Assembly: GCA_049697115.1 (NCBI GenBank)
Contig: JBAVVD010000002.1
Location: 4,105-68,104 of the forward strand
DNA from: Candidatus Aminicenantales bacterium
GTDB taxonomy: Bacteria > Acidobacteriota > Aminicenantia > Aminicenantales > UBA4085
Direction of reading: 5' to 3'
DNA: 64,000 nt
Shown here piece after piece: positions 53,064 to 63,608 of this stretch. A program made the translations under genes and the position numbers. Each line of letters begins with the position of its first letter. Positions within the stretch are counted from its first letter, which is position 1. The notes under the pieces were generated by a model. It was not told the origin of the DNA, searched no databases, and saw nothing but the letters and a program-made list of their open reading frames with translations.

Positions 53064-53359
53064 TTCTCTTCCTCCACCATGGCAATGCATTTCGGCGGGC
53101 ATTCTTCCGCGCAGATGCCGCATCCTTTGCAGTAGTCATAATCGATGACCGGCCATTCATTTTCAATGTCAATGGCCATATCCGGGCAGAACTTCCAACA
53201 GATCCCGCACTGAAGGCAGTTCTGAAGGTCAATCACCGGGCGAATGTTCCTCCAGGCTCCGGTCTTGTTAAAAAGCATGGAGCCCATGGACATGGGCATC
53301 ATCGGAAATTCTTTTTCCGATTGCAATAGGATTTTGTTGGCGGTTTTTTTCTTTTTCAT
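53060..53359 (-). CDS. porD: pyruvate:ferredoxin oxidoreductase delta subunit (2x[4Fe-4S] ferredoxin)
   Basis: CLQCGICWKFCP and CKGCGICAEECP. Confidence 0.85.
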   Translation of the reverse strand: MKKKKTANKILLQSEKEFPMMPMSMGSMLFNKTGAWRNIRPVIDLQNCLQCGICWKFCPDMAIDIENEWPVIDYDYCKGCGICAEECPPKCIAMVEEEK

Positions 53360-53368
53360 TTTGTCCTC

Positions 53369-53917
53369 TCAGGCCGCTGCTTTTTCATAGGCTTCCCGGG
53401 CGGCGTTCTGGTTATCCTGGGGCCTGATGGGAATTCCATCCTTGATAGCCGCAAGCAGTGACTCCAGTTTTGTCAAACGCAGAATTTTTATGACTGCCCC
53501 GATGAGGGCCGTATTGACGATGGGCGTGGCCAGGGTTCCCAGCTTATGCTTGACCGCGATTTCCGTGGCATGGATCGTGGCGACGTTGTATTTCTTGGGA
53601 AAGTGGAATTCCTCAGGCCGCTTGTCGCTGTTGATAATGATGGATCCGCCCTCCTTGAGTCCCTCTGTGACGTCGATGGCATCGACGAGCGTCGGGTCTA
53701 CGACGACGACATGATCGGGTGTGTAAATCCGGCTTTTGTCATAAATCGGTTTGTCATCAATGCGGATAAAGGCATATACGGGAGCTCCCCGCCGTTCCAC
53801 GCCGAATTCTGGATAGGCCTGGACATAATTTCCTTCTTTGGCCAGGGCGTCCGCCAGAATTTTGGAGGCCACTACCGTCCCCTGGCCGCCTCTGCCGTGA
53901 AAACGAATTTCAATCAT
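53369..53917 (-). CDS. porG: pyruvate:ferredoxin oxidoreductase gamma subunit
   Basis: RFHGRGGQG N-terminus typical of the gamma subunit. Confidence 0.85.
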   Translation of the reverse strand: MIEIRFHGRGGQGTVVASKILADALAKEGNYVQAYPEFGVERRGAPVYAFIRIDDKPIYDKSRIYTPDHVVVVDPTLVDAIDVTEGLKEGGSIIINSDKRPEEFHFPKKYNVATIHATEIAVKHKLGTLATPIVNTALIGAVIKILRLTKLESLLAAIKDGIPIRPQDNQNAAREAYEKAAA

Positions 53918-54117
53918 TTTCCACTCCTTCGTCGTATGATCTTGTTTCTCACATAAAAATCAGCAAAGAAAAATTGCCGTTTAAGATGATGGACCCTTGT
54001 GGTTTTCATCTTCTCGATTCCTTCTCTTCATAGAAGGTATTCATTTTCAATTCCGCCGGATCGCTCATGAGGAGTGTGTTATTTGGGGTGAGTTTGGAGA
54101 AAGTTGAATTAAAGGCT

Positions 54118-54975
54118 TCACATCTCAAAACTCATGACTCGATGCGAATGGCACTGGATATTGACTGCGGCGGGCATGGAGGCGATATGGCAGGGGAAGG
54201 CTTCCACATGAACGGCCAGGGCTGTGATTCTTCCGCCCATTCCCTGTGGGCCGATACCGAGCTTGTTGATTCTCTCGAGCAGCCGCTTTTCCATATCAGT
54301 GTAAAAAGGATCGGGATTATGCGAGTCCAGCGGCCGCCGCAGAAGGGCTTTTTTGGCCAGCAGTGCGGCATACTCGAAGTTGCCGCCCACGCCCACGCCG
54401 ACGACAATGGGAGGACAGGGATTGGAGCCTCCTTTGTCGGCTGTCTCCACGACAAAATCTTCTATTCCTTCAAGGCCTGCGGCCGGCGCAAACATGCGGA
54501 TGGCGCTCATGTTTTCCGCACCGCCGCCCTTGGCGATAAAAGTCACCTTGAAGGCGTCACCGGGGACAAGCTCCCAGTGGATATAGGCGGGTGTGTTATC
54601 GCCCGTGTTTTTTCTGCGGACAGGGTCCTCAACGACGGATTTTCGGAGATACCCTTCACCGTATCCGCGTCTTGTTCCTTCTGTAATGGCGTCCCTGATG
54701 CTTTTCAGGCCGTCGTCTTTTTCCAGCCGGACATCTTCTCCGATTTCAACAAAGAAGACGGCCAGTCCTGTGTCCTGACAAAGCCCGAGTTTCTCTTCCC
54801 TGGCAATCCTGGCATTCTCCCGAATCTGCTTGAAAACGTCTTTCCCGGCCGGAGACTCCTCTTTCTTTTCCATCTCCTGAATGACGGCGAGGACATCGTC
54901 CTGGAGGACGAAATTGGCTTCCTGAACAAGGTCCTTGATCTTGTCCCTGACCTCGGACAAGCTTAATGTTTTCAT
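54118..54975 (-). CDS. Fe-S hydro-lyase alpha subunit (class I fumarate hydratase or L-tartrate dehydratase N-terminal-type)
   Basis: 285 aa with CQDTGLAVFFVE, and Cys residues that could be Fe-S cluster ligands. Confidence 0.75.
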   Translation of the reverse strand: MKTLSLSEVRDKIKDLVQEANFVLQDDVLAVIQEMEKKEESPAGKDVFKQIRENARIAREEKLGLCQDTGLAVFFVEIGEDVRLEKDDGLKSIRDAITEGTRRGYGEGYLRKSVVEDPVRRKNTGDNTPAYIHWELVPGDAFKVTFIAKGGGAENMSAIRMFAPAAGLEGIEDFVVETADKGGSNPCPPIVVGVGVGGNFEYAALLAKKALLRRPLDSHNPDPFYTDMEKRLLERINKLGIGPQGMGGRITALAVHVEAFPCHIASMPAAVNIQCHSHRVMSFEM

Positions 54976-55081
54976 ATGATACCTCCGCCTTTAATTAATA
55001 TAAAAAGGTGAAGATAAAGTTTAGGCTTCCTTCATAAACCTGTCAAGAAAATATCAAGGCATTCAAGTGTTTTCGTGGCCA

Positions 55082-56503
55082 TTAAAGTAGGTTCAACGCC
55101 ATGAGTTTGAGTTCCGTCATTTCTTCCATGGCGTAGCGGACGCCTTCGCGGCCAAAACCGGACTGTTTGACACCGCCGTAGGGCATATGATCGATGCGGA
55201 ATGTGGGGATGTCGTTGACAATTACGCCTCCGACATCGAGGACCTCGTAAGCCTGGAACGCTTTTTTAAGATTATTGGTAAAGATTCCGGCCTGGAGGCC
55301 GTAGATTGAATAATTGACGGCCCTGAGGGCTTCGGCAAAATCTTTGTAGCGGGTGACACACACAATGGGCGCAAAGGCTTCGAGCCAGGAAATGCGGAGC
55401 TCCGGCGGGACATTCTCAAGGACGGTCGGTTCGAACAATGTTCCATTCCTCGTGCCGCCGCAGACCAGATGCGCCCCTTTTTCAATAGCCTCGTGGACTC
55501 CTTCTTCTGTCTTTGCGGCCGTCTCTTCGTCGATCATCGGCCCGACATCCGTGTCTTCTTTGAGCGGGTCTCCCAGCTTTAATTTTTTCGTCCTTTCCAC
55601 AAATCCGTCCAGAAAACGGTCATAGATTTTTTCCTGAATAAACAGGCGCTGGATGGAAATACAGATCTGCCCGGCATAGGAAAATGAGCCGACGACCGAC
55701 CGGACCACGGCAAATTCCAGATCTGCGTCCGGCTCGATGACAGCCGCCGCATTGCCTCCCAGCTCCAGAGTCACCTTTTTCTGATAGGCTTTCTTTTTGA
55801 GTTCCCACCCGATGGCCGGACTTCCGGTGAAAGTGACTTTCTTTATTCGTTCATCAGTGAGAAGGATTTCCGCTTCTGGATAGGCCGAGGGAACGACATT
55901 TATTCCGCCGTCCGGACAGCCGGCCTCCTGGACAATTTCCCCCAGAATCAGGGAGGTGATGGGCACCTGGGAAGACGGCCTGAGCACGACCGTATTTCCT
56001 GTGGCCAGGGCGGGTGCGACTTTGTGGGCGACGAGATTAAGAGGAAAATTGAAGGGCGTAATGGCCGTGACGGCTCCGAGGGGAAAACGCCGGACAAGTC
56101 CCCATCTCTGCTTCGTCTGCGGGCTCAAGTCCAGGGGAATGACCTCGCCGACCATTCTCTTGGCTTCTTCGCTGGCGATTTCAAAGGTCAGCGCCGCGCG
56201 ATCGACTTCTGCCCTTGAATCCCGAATGGGCTTTCCGGCTTGAAGGGCAATGGAATTGGCCAGCTCTTCCTTCCTTTTTTTTATTCCGTAGGAGATTTTT
56301 TCCAGCACAGAGGCCCGTTCAAGGCTTGAAAGTTTCCGCGTTTCAGAAAACGCGCGGTCAGCCGCGGCTATGGCTTTGCGGACCTGGTCTCCTTCGGCCC
56401 AATAGACTTTCCCGGCGATATTCCGGTCATAGGGAGACTTGATTTCACGGAAATTTTTCGACTTTTCCCACTTTCCGTTGATGAACAGATTGTACTCTTG
56501 CAC
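55082..56503 (-). CDS. NAD(P)-dependent aldehyde dehydrogenase
   Basis: Aldehyde dehydrogenase fold with catalytic Cys (GQICIS) and Glu (LELGGNA) motifs. Confidence 0.85.
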   Translation of the reverse strand: MQEYNLFINGKWEKSKNFREIKSPYDRNIAGKVYWAEGDQVRKAIAAADRAFSETRKLSSLERASVLEKISYGIKKRKEELANSIALQAGKPIRDSRAEVDRAALTFEIASEEAKRMVGEVIPLDLSPQTKQRWGLVRRFPLGAVTAITPFNFPLNLVAHKVAPALATGNTVVLRPSSQVPITSLILGEIVQEAGCPDGGINVVPSAYPEAEILLTDERIKKVTFTGSPAIGWELKKKAYQKKVTLELGGNAAAVIEPDADLEFAVVRSVVGSFSYAGQICISIQRLFIQEKIYDRFLDGFVERTKKLKLGDPLKEDTDVGPMIDEETAAKTEEGVHEAIEKGAHLVCGGTRNGTLFEPTVLENVPPELRISWLEAFAPIVCVTRYKDFAEALRAVNYSIYGLQAGIFTNNLKKAFQAYEVLDVGGVIVNDIPTFRIDHMPYGGVKQSGFGREGVRYAMEEMTELKLMALNLL

Positions 56504-56535
56504 TGGACCCTCCTTTTGAAAAATAAATGCGATTT

Positions 56536-57399
56536 TTAAGCTTTTTGACTGTACGACCGGTAAAGCTTCTTGAGCATAAGCGCATCTGCTTCTTGGTCCG
56601 GGCTTTCACAGATGACCAATCCTTCAATCTCAAAATCTTTGAGGACTTGAATCCATTCGTCGTAATGGAAATCCGATTCGATCAGGTTGAGGTGTTTGAC
56701 CTCGCCCTTCTGGTTATAATCCACGCCCGAGATATGAATATGAATGTCCTTCAAGGAGCTTCGTCCCAGGCGTTTTTCGACCTTTCTCAGGATTCTGTGG
56801 AATTCCAGATAGGAATTGACTTTTCCCTCGCGGGCATGCATATGGGAAAAGTCCAGGCAGGGTTGAAGGCCTTCGATTTCCTTGCAGAGGGAGAGGACTT
56901 CCTCGAGAGATCCGAACTGCGACCGTTTGCCCATGGTTTCCAGCCTCATGGTGGCGGAGTTTCTCTCCGTCCTCAAGATCGAGAGGACTTCTTGAAGTTC
57001 CTTTTTAATGGCTTCGTACGTCTGCGCCGGGCTCGATTTTCCGTAGTAGCCGCTGTGAAAGACAACGGATTTTGCCCCACATTGCTCGGCCATCCGGGCA
57101 GAACGCAGCAGCTGATCCTGGCTCTGAAGCCGTTGACCCGGCTCTGGAGAGTTCAAATTGATATAGTATGGAGCATGCACGCTTAAGGGCATGTGACAGG
57201 CCAGGGCTTTTTTTTTGATTCTCTGGGCCGTATCGCTTCCGACCTTGATTCCTCTCACAAACTCGATTTCCAGGCAGTCAAGTCCCCATTCCTGGAGGTA
57301 CTGGATGGCCTCAAGGGAGGAAGAGCCGGATATGGCGTCCGGAATCCCGGCGGTCCCGAAGCAGAGCTTTTTAACAATGGAAGGCATCGGCCTCTTCAT
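56536..57399 (-). CDS. xylose-isomerase-like TIM-barrel protein, AP endonuclease family 2 (endonuclease IV-like)
   Basis: [16 protein letters not shown] and DFSHMH metal-ligand pattern. The start is set at MKRPMPS. Confidence 0.55.
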   Translation of the reverse strand: MKRPMPSIVKKLCFGTAGIPDAISGSSSLEAIQYLQEWGLDCLEIEFVRGIKVGSDTAQRIKKKALACHMPLSVHAPYYINLNSPEPGQRLQSQDQLLRSARMAEQCGAKSVVFHSGYYGKSSPAQTYEAIKKELQEVLSILRTERNSATMRLETMGKRSQFGSLEEVLSLCKEIEGLQPCLDFSHMHAREGKVNSYLEFHRILRKVEKRLGRSSLKDIHIHISGVDYNQKGEVKHLNLIESDFHYDEWIQVLKDFEIEGLVICESPDQEADALMLKKLYRSYSQKA

Positions 57400-58678
57400 G
57401 GGAATTGAGAAACTGGCTGACGATGCGCATGGCGCAGAACTCACCGCACATGGAGCAGGCTTCTGATTTTGTCTTTCTCTTTTTCCGAATTTCATCGAAT
57501 TTGTTCGGGTCGACAACAAGATCTCTCTGCTCTTTCCAGTCCAGCCTTTTGCGGGCCTGGGATATTTTCAGGTCTCTCTGGAGAGCCCCTTTAACGCCTT
57601 TGACAATATCCGCGGCATGGGCGGCGATCCGGGAGGCGATAAGCCCTTCCTTGACGTCTTCTACGGAGGGAAGGCCGACGTGTTCGGAGGGAGTCACATA
57701 ACAGAGGAAATCGGCCCCGGCCGCCGCGGCAAGGGCTCCACCGATGGCTGAGACAATGTGGTCGTAACCGGCGCCGATGTCCGTGACCAGCGGGCCCAGG
57801 ACGTAGAAAGGAGCCTCATGGCAGATGCGTTTTTGGAGCTTGACATTCATTTCGACCTGATCCAGGGGAACATGGCCAGGTCCTTCAACCATGACCTGGA
57901 CATTCCGTTCCCATGCCCGTTTGACCAGTTCGCCCAGAGTGAGAAGCTCCTCGACCTGAGGCCGGTCCGTGGCATCGAGCACAGAGCCCGGCCTGAGCCC
58001 GTCTCCAAGGCTCAAGGTAAAATCGTACGTATGGGCGATCTCGAGCAGACGGTCAAAATGGGTATAGAGAGGATTTTCCTTCTGATGATGGAGCATCCAG
58101 GCCAGATGAAAAGCTCCGCCCCGCGAGACGATGTCCGCCACCCGTCCCTGGTTCTTTAACCGTTCAATGGCCCTGGAGGTCAGGCCGCAGTGCACGGTCA
58201 TGAAGTCCACACCTTCCCTGGCTTGAGATTCAATAACGCCAAAAAGGTCCTCCTCGGTCATCTTCACGATCGAATCACGCTTCTCGATGGCTTCGATGGC
58301 GGCCTGGTACACAGGCACTGTGCCTAAGGGAATCGGAGCCTTTTTGAGTATGGCATGCCTGATTTTTTTTATATCGCCGCCTGTGCTCAGGTCCATGAGC
58401 GTGTCGGTTTGATGCTTGAGCGCAACTTGGGCTTTTCTCAGCTCCTCTTCCATTCGGGGAAAGTCTTTGGACGTGCCGATATTGACATTGACTTTTGTCC
58501 TTAATTTCTGTCCGATTCCGACGGGATGAAGAGGAGCATGGTTCGGATTATGCGGGATAACCACTTTTCCCTGCGCCACAAGGGCCAGTATTTCCTCCGC
58601 TGGAATTCCTTCCTCTGCGGCCACTTTATTAAGAGAGGCCGTTGGATTTCCTTTTCTGGCTTGCTCTATTTGGGTCAT
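57371..58678 (-). CDS. thiC: phosphomethylpyrimidine synthase ThiC
   Basis: 435 aa with the C-terminal [11 protein letters not shown] motif that ligates the radical-SAM-like cluster. Confidence 0.92.
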   Translation of the reverse strand: MTQIEQARKGNPTASLNKVAAEEGIPAEEILALVAQGKVVIPHNPNHAPLHPVGIGQKLRTKVNVNIGTSKDFPRMEEELRKAQVALKHQTDTLMDLSTGGDIKKIRHAILKKAPIPLGTVPVYQAAIEAIEKRDSIVKMTEEDLFGVIESQAREGVDFMTVHCGLTSRAIERLKNQGRVADIVSRGGAFHLAWMLHHQKENPLYTHFDRLLEIAHTYDFTLSLGDGLRPGSVLDATDRPQVEELLTLGELVKRAWERNVQVMVEGPGHVPLDQVEMNVKLQKRICHEAPFYVLGPLVTDIGAGYDHIVSAIGGALAAAAGADFLCYVTPSEHVGLPSVEDVKEGLIASRIAAHAADIVKGVKGALQRDLKISQARKRLDWKEQRDLVVDPNKFDEIRKKRKTKSEACSMCGEFCAMRIVSQFLNSHEEADAFHC

Positions 58679-58844
58679 GAATGATTGCCTTAAAATATAG
58701 TTTACATCTCTTCAGTCCTGAATTCAACCACGTCCCCAAGGCGGGAAACAAATGACCTTATATTTTCATGGATTGGGAAACGCATTCCAGACGGTGGAGT
58801 GCCGGAAAAAAGAATGAGGGTTTCCAGAATGCATGGATAGTGAA

Positions 58845-59852
58845 CTATTTTTTTTGGAAGGAGTTCCATATAGACTGAAGCCTTTCTCTGTCCTGAGGTC
58901 TTAAGGGAAGACTGAAAATTTTCCCGGACAGAAAAATCTCCTGGGATTCCTGAAGGAGCTTCCTTAATTTTGTTCGATCCCTCTGTGCAGAGAGAATTAA
59001 ATAGGCGTTGGCCTCCATGACCGCCTGTTCTTCAATGGAGATGTTCCGGGTCAATCTGAGGAAGGTTTCAAGACTTTGTACGGCATCTTTGGAGCGGCGG
59101 CTCCAGTAGGCGATTTTTCCCAGCTCCAGGTGGCCCCTGACCTCCGTTGGATTATTTGTGATCAAGCGCCGGAATGTGTCTCTGGCCGCTTTCAGGTTAC
59201 CGCTTTGACTGTAAATGCGGGCGAGTTCATAGTATGTATCCGTCAAGCGGGGATTGTCCTGAATCAGTTTTTCAAGCGATGGGATGGACTCTTTATCCTG
59301 TTTGCGAGCGGCCTCTTCAGGAGCCTTTATGGTCGGGGTCCGGAGGACTTCTGTTTCGCCTGTTTTTTGTGTTTCCGTTTGAGGGAGAGAAATATCGAGC
59401 TTGAATAATTGGATAAGCTTTTCGAGTTCAACTCCTGCGGAAGGGTGAATTTCCAGACTTTTCAATCCCTCTTGGCCCACAAGGTCCAGGGCGTTTCTCA
59501 GACATTGTTCGCTCTTCTCCAGGCTGTTCAGATGGAAATGGCATAAGCTGAGGTAGACGTAGGCCTTACCGGTAAGGTCTTTCTGTCTGTGCAGGCCGAA
59601 CACGGCGATTTCCAGTTCTTTGACAGCTTCTTTATAGTTTCGGGCCAGATATGCCTTTTCCGCCTCTTTAAGGGTCTTCAGGTAAAAAGGATCAACGGTC
59701 TGGCCGGCCGAAATAGAGAGAGAACAGAAGAGCAGTCCTGCACTCACCAGGAGTGGAACCACTCTTGCGAAAGGCCTCTTTTTCATGGATGTATCCTTGA
59801 GTCTTGACTTTGACTCGTTATTATTTATAAATGGATAATCCGCTTTTGTCAA
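58845..59852 (-). CDS. secreted TPR-repeat protein
   Basis: Signal peptide plus TPR repeats. Confidence 0.65.
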   Translation of the reverse strand: MTKADYPFINNNESKSRLKDTSMKKRPFARVVPLLVSAGLLFCSLSISAGQTVDPFYLKTLKEAEKAYLARNYKEAVKELEIAVFGLHRQKDLTGKAYVYLSLCHFHLNSLEKSEQCLRNALDLVGQEGLKSLEIHPSAGVELEKLIQLFKLDISLPQTETQKTGETEVLRTPTIKAPEEAARKQDKESIPSLEKLIQDNPRLTDTYYELARIYSQSGNLKAARDTFRRLITNNPTEVRGHLELGKIAYWSRRSKDAVQSLETFLRLTRNISIEEQAVMEANAYLILSAQRDRTKLRKLLQESQEIFLSGKIFSLPLRPQDRERLQSIWNSFQKK

Positions 59853-60194
59853 AATCTAAGATCAAGCCGAAGGCACTTGAGAAGCCGTGAGAATCGCTTT
59901 CCGGAGTGGATGAAGTGCGCCTTCGGACTCCTGAGACTAATCCTTCCGAGAAGAGCGAGCGGAGACCGGAATGGTTTTAGATGGAGAATATTCTCACCTT
60001 TTTAGGTGAAAGGGTTGGTCGAAAATTCACCCCGGGATTCATCTTGACGGATTATTGCCTCTGAAGAGAAACGGTGCATAATGACTTTTAACAGGTTGCG
60101 TGGCCGATTCTTTGATTTATAATAGGAAGAGCAGGTCTTTGTAAGAGCTCTTGTCGAAAGGAAGCGGCAACCTTTCGTTGGAAAAACTCTAAGC

Positions 60195-60206
60195 GGCGGT
60201 AGCCTA
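60195..60206 (+). promoter_or_regulatory. ops-like GGCGGTAG core 13 nt upstream of the first polysaccharide-cluster gene
   Basis: It matches the invariant 8-mer of the RfaH ops element. An 8-mer is expected about twice by chance in 64 kb, so the position is the only support. Confidence 0.2.
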
Positions 60207-60214
60207 TCTCATCT

Positions 60215-61729
60215 ATGATCAAAAAAAGACAGGTTCTTCTCAACGCCATGATCTCTATGGTTCAGGTCCTGGTCATCAGCGGCGTCCTGTTTTTTCTTTA
60301 CCGGTTCCTGTTAAGGACTCTAGGCGCCAGGCACCTCGGAATCTGGTCTGTGGTCCTGGCCGTGACCCTGGTCACCCAGATTTCTGATTTTGGCCTGTCC
60401 GGAAGCGTGGTGAAGTTTGTGGCGAAATATGTGGCCCGGGGCGAAGAGAAAAATGTGTCCGGCGTCATCCAAACTTCGGTGTTGACTGTCGGAGCAATGG
60501 TGACACTCATTTTAATAGTCGGATATCCTTTGATCAGATACGTGCTTCGCCTGATTATCCCCCAGGAATCGCTTCCCCTGGCCTATGCCGTGCTGCCCTA
60601 TGCCTTTTTAGCCTTCTGGTTTATGTTTATTTCCGGTGTGTTTCAATCCGCCTTGGACGGTTTCCAGCGGATTGACATCCGGGGAATTCTTTTAATGGGT
60701 TCAGAGGTTTTCCATCTTCTATTGTGCTTTGTCCTGGCTCCGGCTTACGGGCTTATGGGGCTGGCCTATGCCCGAATCCTCCAGAACTTTGCCATCCTGG
60801 CGGCGAGCTGGACTTTGCTGAAAAGGCAGTTGCCTTCGCTTCCGCTCATCCCTTACAGATGGGATAAAAAACTGTTCAAGGAGATGATCGGCTACGGAAT
60901 CAACTTCCAGGTCATGTCCATCACCAATATGCTGCTGGAACCGACGACGAAGGCTCTCTTGAGCCGGTTCGGCGGACTCTCCACAGTCGCTTATTTCGAG
61001 ATGGCCTCCAAGATGGTCCGGCAGCTCCGGGCGGTTATTGTGGCAGCCATCGGGGTTATCGTCCCCATGATTGCCGACCTCCAGGAGAAAGCTCCGGAAA
61101 AAATCCGGTCGGTGTACAAGACCTCCTATCAGCTTCTTTTTTATCTTTCTCTGCCTCTGTATTCCGGCATTGTCGTCGGGATACCCGTAATTTCCAAGTT
61201 ATGGATCGGAACTTATCAGATGGAGTTCATTTCCATAGGCATCATCCTCGCCGCAGGCTGGTTCCTGAATATGTTGAATGTCCCCGCATATTTTTCAAAC
61301 GCGGGACTGGGAGAGCTGCGGTGGAATGTAATCTGTCATTTGACCACAGCGGTTTTAAACATCATACTGGGCGTGATGTTCGGGATATTGTATCAGGGGA
61401 TGGGCGTTGTGGTCGGATGGAGTGTATCTCTGAGCCTGGGAAGCAGCATCGTCTATATCGCCTACCATCTCCGCCATAAGATTCCCTTTAAGGAACTCTT
61501 TCCCAGGACAAGCCGAATGCTGGCATCCGCGTGCCTGGTTGGGCTGATCTGTTTCTTTATCATTCAGAAAATGTTCAATAAGGGCTTTGAGAATATGGGT
61601 GTGAACGGGATTTGTGTGCTGATTTTTTCTCTCTGCGTCTTTATTCCTGTTTGGTTTCACCCGATGAGAAGGCGGCTTGGCGGCTGGATCCAGGAGGACT
61701 TGCTGAGAGGAAGACAGGAGGCCCTGTGA
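60215..61729 (+). CDS. polysaccharide flippase (Wzx/MOP superfamily)
   Basis: 504 aa with about 12-14 transmembrane helices, and it heads a glycosyltransferase cluster. Confidence 0.7.
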   Translation: MIKKRQVLLNAMISMVQVLVISGVLFFLYRFLLRTLGARHLGIWSVVLAVTLVTQISDFGLSGSVVKFVAKYVARGEEKNVSGVIQTSVLTVGAMVTLILIVGYPLIRYVLRLIIPQESLPLAYAVLPYAFLAFWFMFISGVFQSALDGFQRIDIRGILLMGSEVFHLLLCFVLAPAYGLMGLAYARILQNFAILAASWTLLKRQLPSLPLIPYRWDKKLFKEMIGYGINFQVMSITNMLLEPTTKALLSRFGGLSTVAYFEMASKMVRQLRAVIVAAIGVIVPMIADLQEKAPEKIRSVYKTSYQLLFYLSLPLYSGIVVGIPVISKLWIGTYQMEFISIGIILAAGWFLNMLNVPAYFSNAGLGELRWNVICHLTTAVLNIILGVMFGILYQGMGVVVGWSVSLSLGSSIVYIAYHLRHKIPFKELFPRTSRMLASACLVGLICFFIIQKMFNKGFENMGVNGICVLIFSLCVFIPVWFHPMRRRLGGWIQEDLLRGRQEAL

Positions 61730-61780
61730 TTCTCTTCAGGGACGCATCGTGAATTTATTCCGTTTGAGAAGTGAGAGCCA

Positions 61781-62614
61781 TTGACCGGTTCAGGGAAAGG
61801 AATGGACCATCGCCCGTTCTCTGAGGCCGGCCCCGTGGTCAGCGTCGTTTTGCCGACCCGCGACAGAGCCCATCTCCTCATGCAGTCCGTCCGAAGCGTT
61901 CTGGACCAGACGTATCCGGATTTCGAATTGATCATTGTCGACGATGCTTCTGCGGATGAGACAGAAGAAGTCATCCGTCAATTGGCCAGCGAGAAAGTGG
62001 AGTTTCTCCGGCATCCCTTCGTCCGTGGAGCGGCGGCGGCCCGGAATTCAGGAATACGGATGGCCCGTGGCAAATACGTCGCCTTCCTGGACAGCGATGA
62101 TGAATGGCTGCCGGGAAAACTGGAGAGGCAGGTCGAGGTCATGGAGCACTCTCCGGCCGAAGTGGGCCTTGTCTATACAGGAACCTGGAGGGAATATCGG
62201 AAGAAACGATTTTATATTCCTGCCGAGCCGATTCTTCAAAAAGAGGGATGGGTTTATCCGATCCTTCTGCGCGACAGGTATCTGGTGCCCACCCCGGCCG
62301 CCATGGTGAGAAAAGAATGTTTTACCCGGGTGGGAGTGTTTGATGAGAACCTCCCGGCCAAGGAAGAATGGGACCTATGGATCAGGATTTCGCGGCAATA
62401 CCAATTCCGCTACATCCCTGAGCCGCTTGTAATTTCTCATTTCACGCGAGAAAGCCTTTCCGCCGACCGCCGGCTTTTTATTCAAGCGAACATGTATATT
62501 CTGAAAAAGCACCGGAGGGAATTCCTGAAAAACCGCAATGCCTTGATCGGAATTTATCTGCGCACGGCCCGGCTTTGGGCCGGTTATGTCTTGCACACAC
62601 TGGGTATTATTTGA
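61781..62614 (+). CDS. family 2 glycosyltransferase
   Basis: VVLPTRDRAHLL...DDASAD and DSDD motifs. Confidence 0.8.
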   Translation: MTGSGKGMDHRPFSEAGPVVSVVLPTRDRAHLLMQSVRSVLDQTYPDFELIIVDDASADETEEVIRQLASEKVEFLRHPFVRGAAAARNSGIRMARGKYVAFLDSDDEWLPGKLERQVEVMEHSPAEVGLVYTGTWREYRKKRFYIPAEPILQKEGWVYPILLRDRYLVPTPAAMVRKECFTRVGVFDENLPAKEEWDLWIRISRQYQFRYIPEPLVISHFTRESLSADRRLFIQANMYILKKHRREFLKNRNALIGIYLRTARLWAGYVLHTLGII

Positions 62615-62621
62615 AGGAATT

Positions 62622-63590
62622 ATGAAAAGCGACAGGGACCTTCCCTTCAATGGAGCGGATAAATCCTTTGCATTTGTCGTCGCCACAAAAGACCGCCCCG
62701 TAGAACTCCGCCGCCTCCTCGGCAGTTTGGCGGTCCAAATCCGTCCTCCGGAGAGTGTGGTGGTCGTCGACGGCGGAAGGACAACGGTTCAAAATCTGAT
62801 CCAGGAATTCCGGCATTTGCCTCTTCAATACTTGCGGTGCCGGCCTCCTTCGGCGGCGCGGCAGCGCAATGCCGGAATAAAAGCCGTGGGCTCTCATGTG
62901 AGCCTGATTGGCTTCCTGGATGATGACGTGGTTTTGGAGCCGGATGCCTGCAGGGCCGTACTGGAATTTTGGGAAAAAGCGCCCGGGAACATCGGGGGCA
63001 CGGCGTTTAACCAGGTGAATCATCCACGGCTCTATGCCTCCTGGCTCAAACACCTGCCGCTGGCCGAAAGGCTAGGCCTTTACAGCCGAGAGGGCGGCCG
63101 GATCCTCCCTTCAGGATTTCAGGTGATGCTGGGCTATGTGCCGGAGACGACCTGGGTCCAGTGGCTGCCCACAGGCGCCTCTCTCTGGCGAAGAGAAATT
63201 TTTGATGAATTCCAATTTGACGAATGGTTTGAAGGCTACAGCTACCTTGAAGATTTGGATTTCAGCTACCGGGTCTTCAAAAAATACAGGCTGGCCGTGG
63301 TCGCTGATGCCCGCTATTATCATTGTCCGGCCAAAGGAGGACGGGGAAGCGGCTTCACCTTCGGCAAACGCGAGGTGATTCATCGGATTTATTTTGTGAG
63401 GAAACACGCCGAGCTTTCTGTTTGGAAGTGCTATCTGGCGTTCGTTTTGAGAGTTTTTATCAGTGTCAGCCTTGCCTTCCAGGAGAGGAAAGCGAGCTAT
63501 TTCAGCCGCATTTTGGGAAATCTCGTCGGGTTTTTTCAGAGTATTACCGGTCGCAAATCCGGATTATTTATGCATCGCCGACCCGGTTAA
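62622..63590 (+). CDS. family 2 glycosyltransferase
   Basis: FVVATKDRP...VVVVDGG and DDD motifs. Confidence 0.75.
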   Translation: MKSDRDLPFNGADKSFAFVVATKDRPVELRRLLGSLAVQIRPPESVVVVDGGRTTVQNLIQEFRHLPLQYLRCRPPSAARQRNAGIKAVGSHVSLIGFLDDDVVLEPDACRAVLEFWEKAPGNIGGTAFNQVNHPRLYASWLKHLPLAERLGLYSREGGRILPSGFQVMLGYVPETTWVQWLPTGASLWRREIFDEFQFDEWFEGYSYLEDLDFSYRVFKKYRLAVVADARYYHCPAKGGRGSGFTFGKREVIHRIYFVRKHAELSVWKCYLAFVLRVFISVSLAFQERKASYFSRILGNLVGFFQSITGRKSGLFMHRRPG

Positions 63591-63608
63591 ATCAAACGTC
63601 TTCACTGA

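Noticed and set aside
59853-60194. Inverted repeat CCGAAGGC / GCCTTCGG (about 45-nt spacing) in the leader of the polysaccharide cluster, as a possible riboswitch
   Set aside because: I recognise no consensus, and isolated 8-bp inverted repeats are common.
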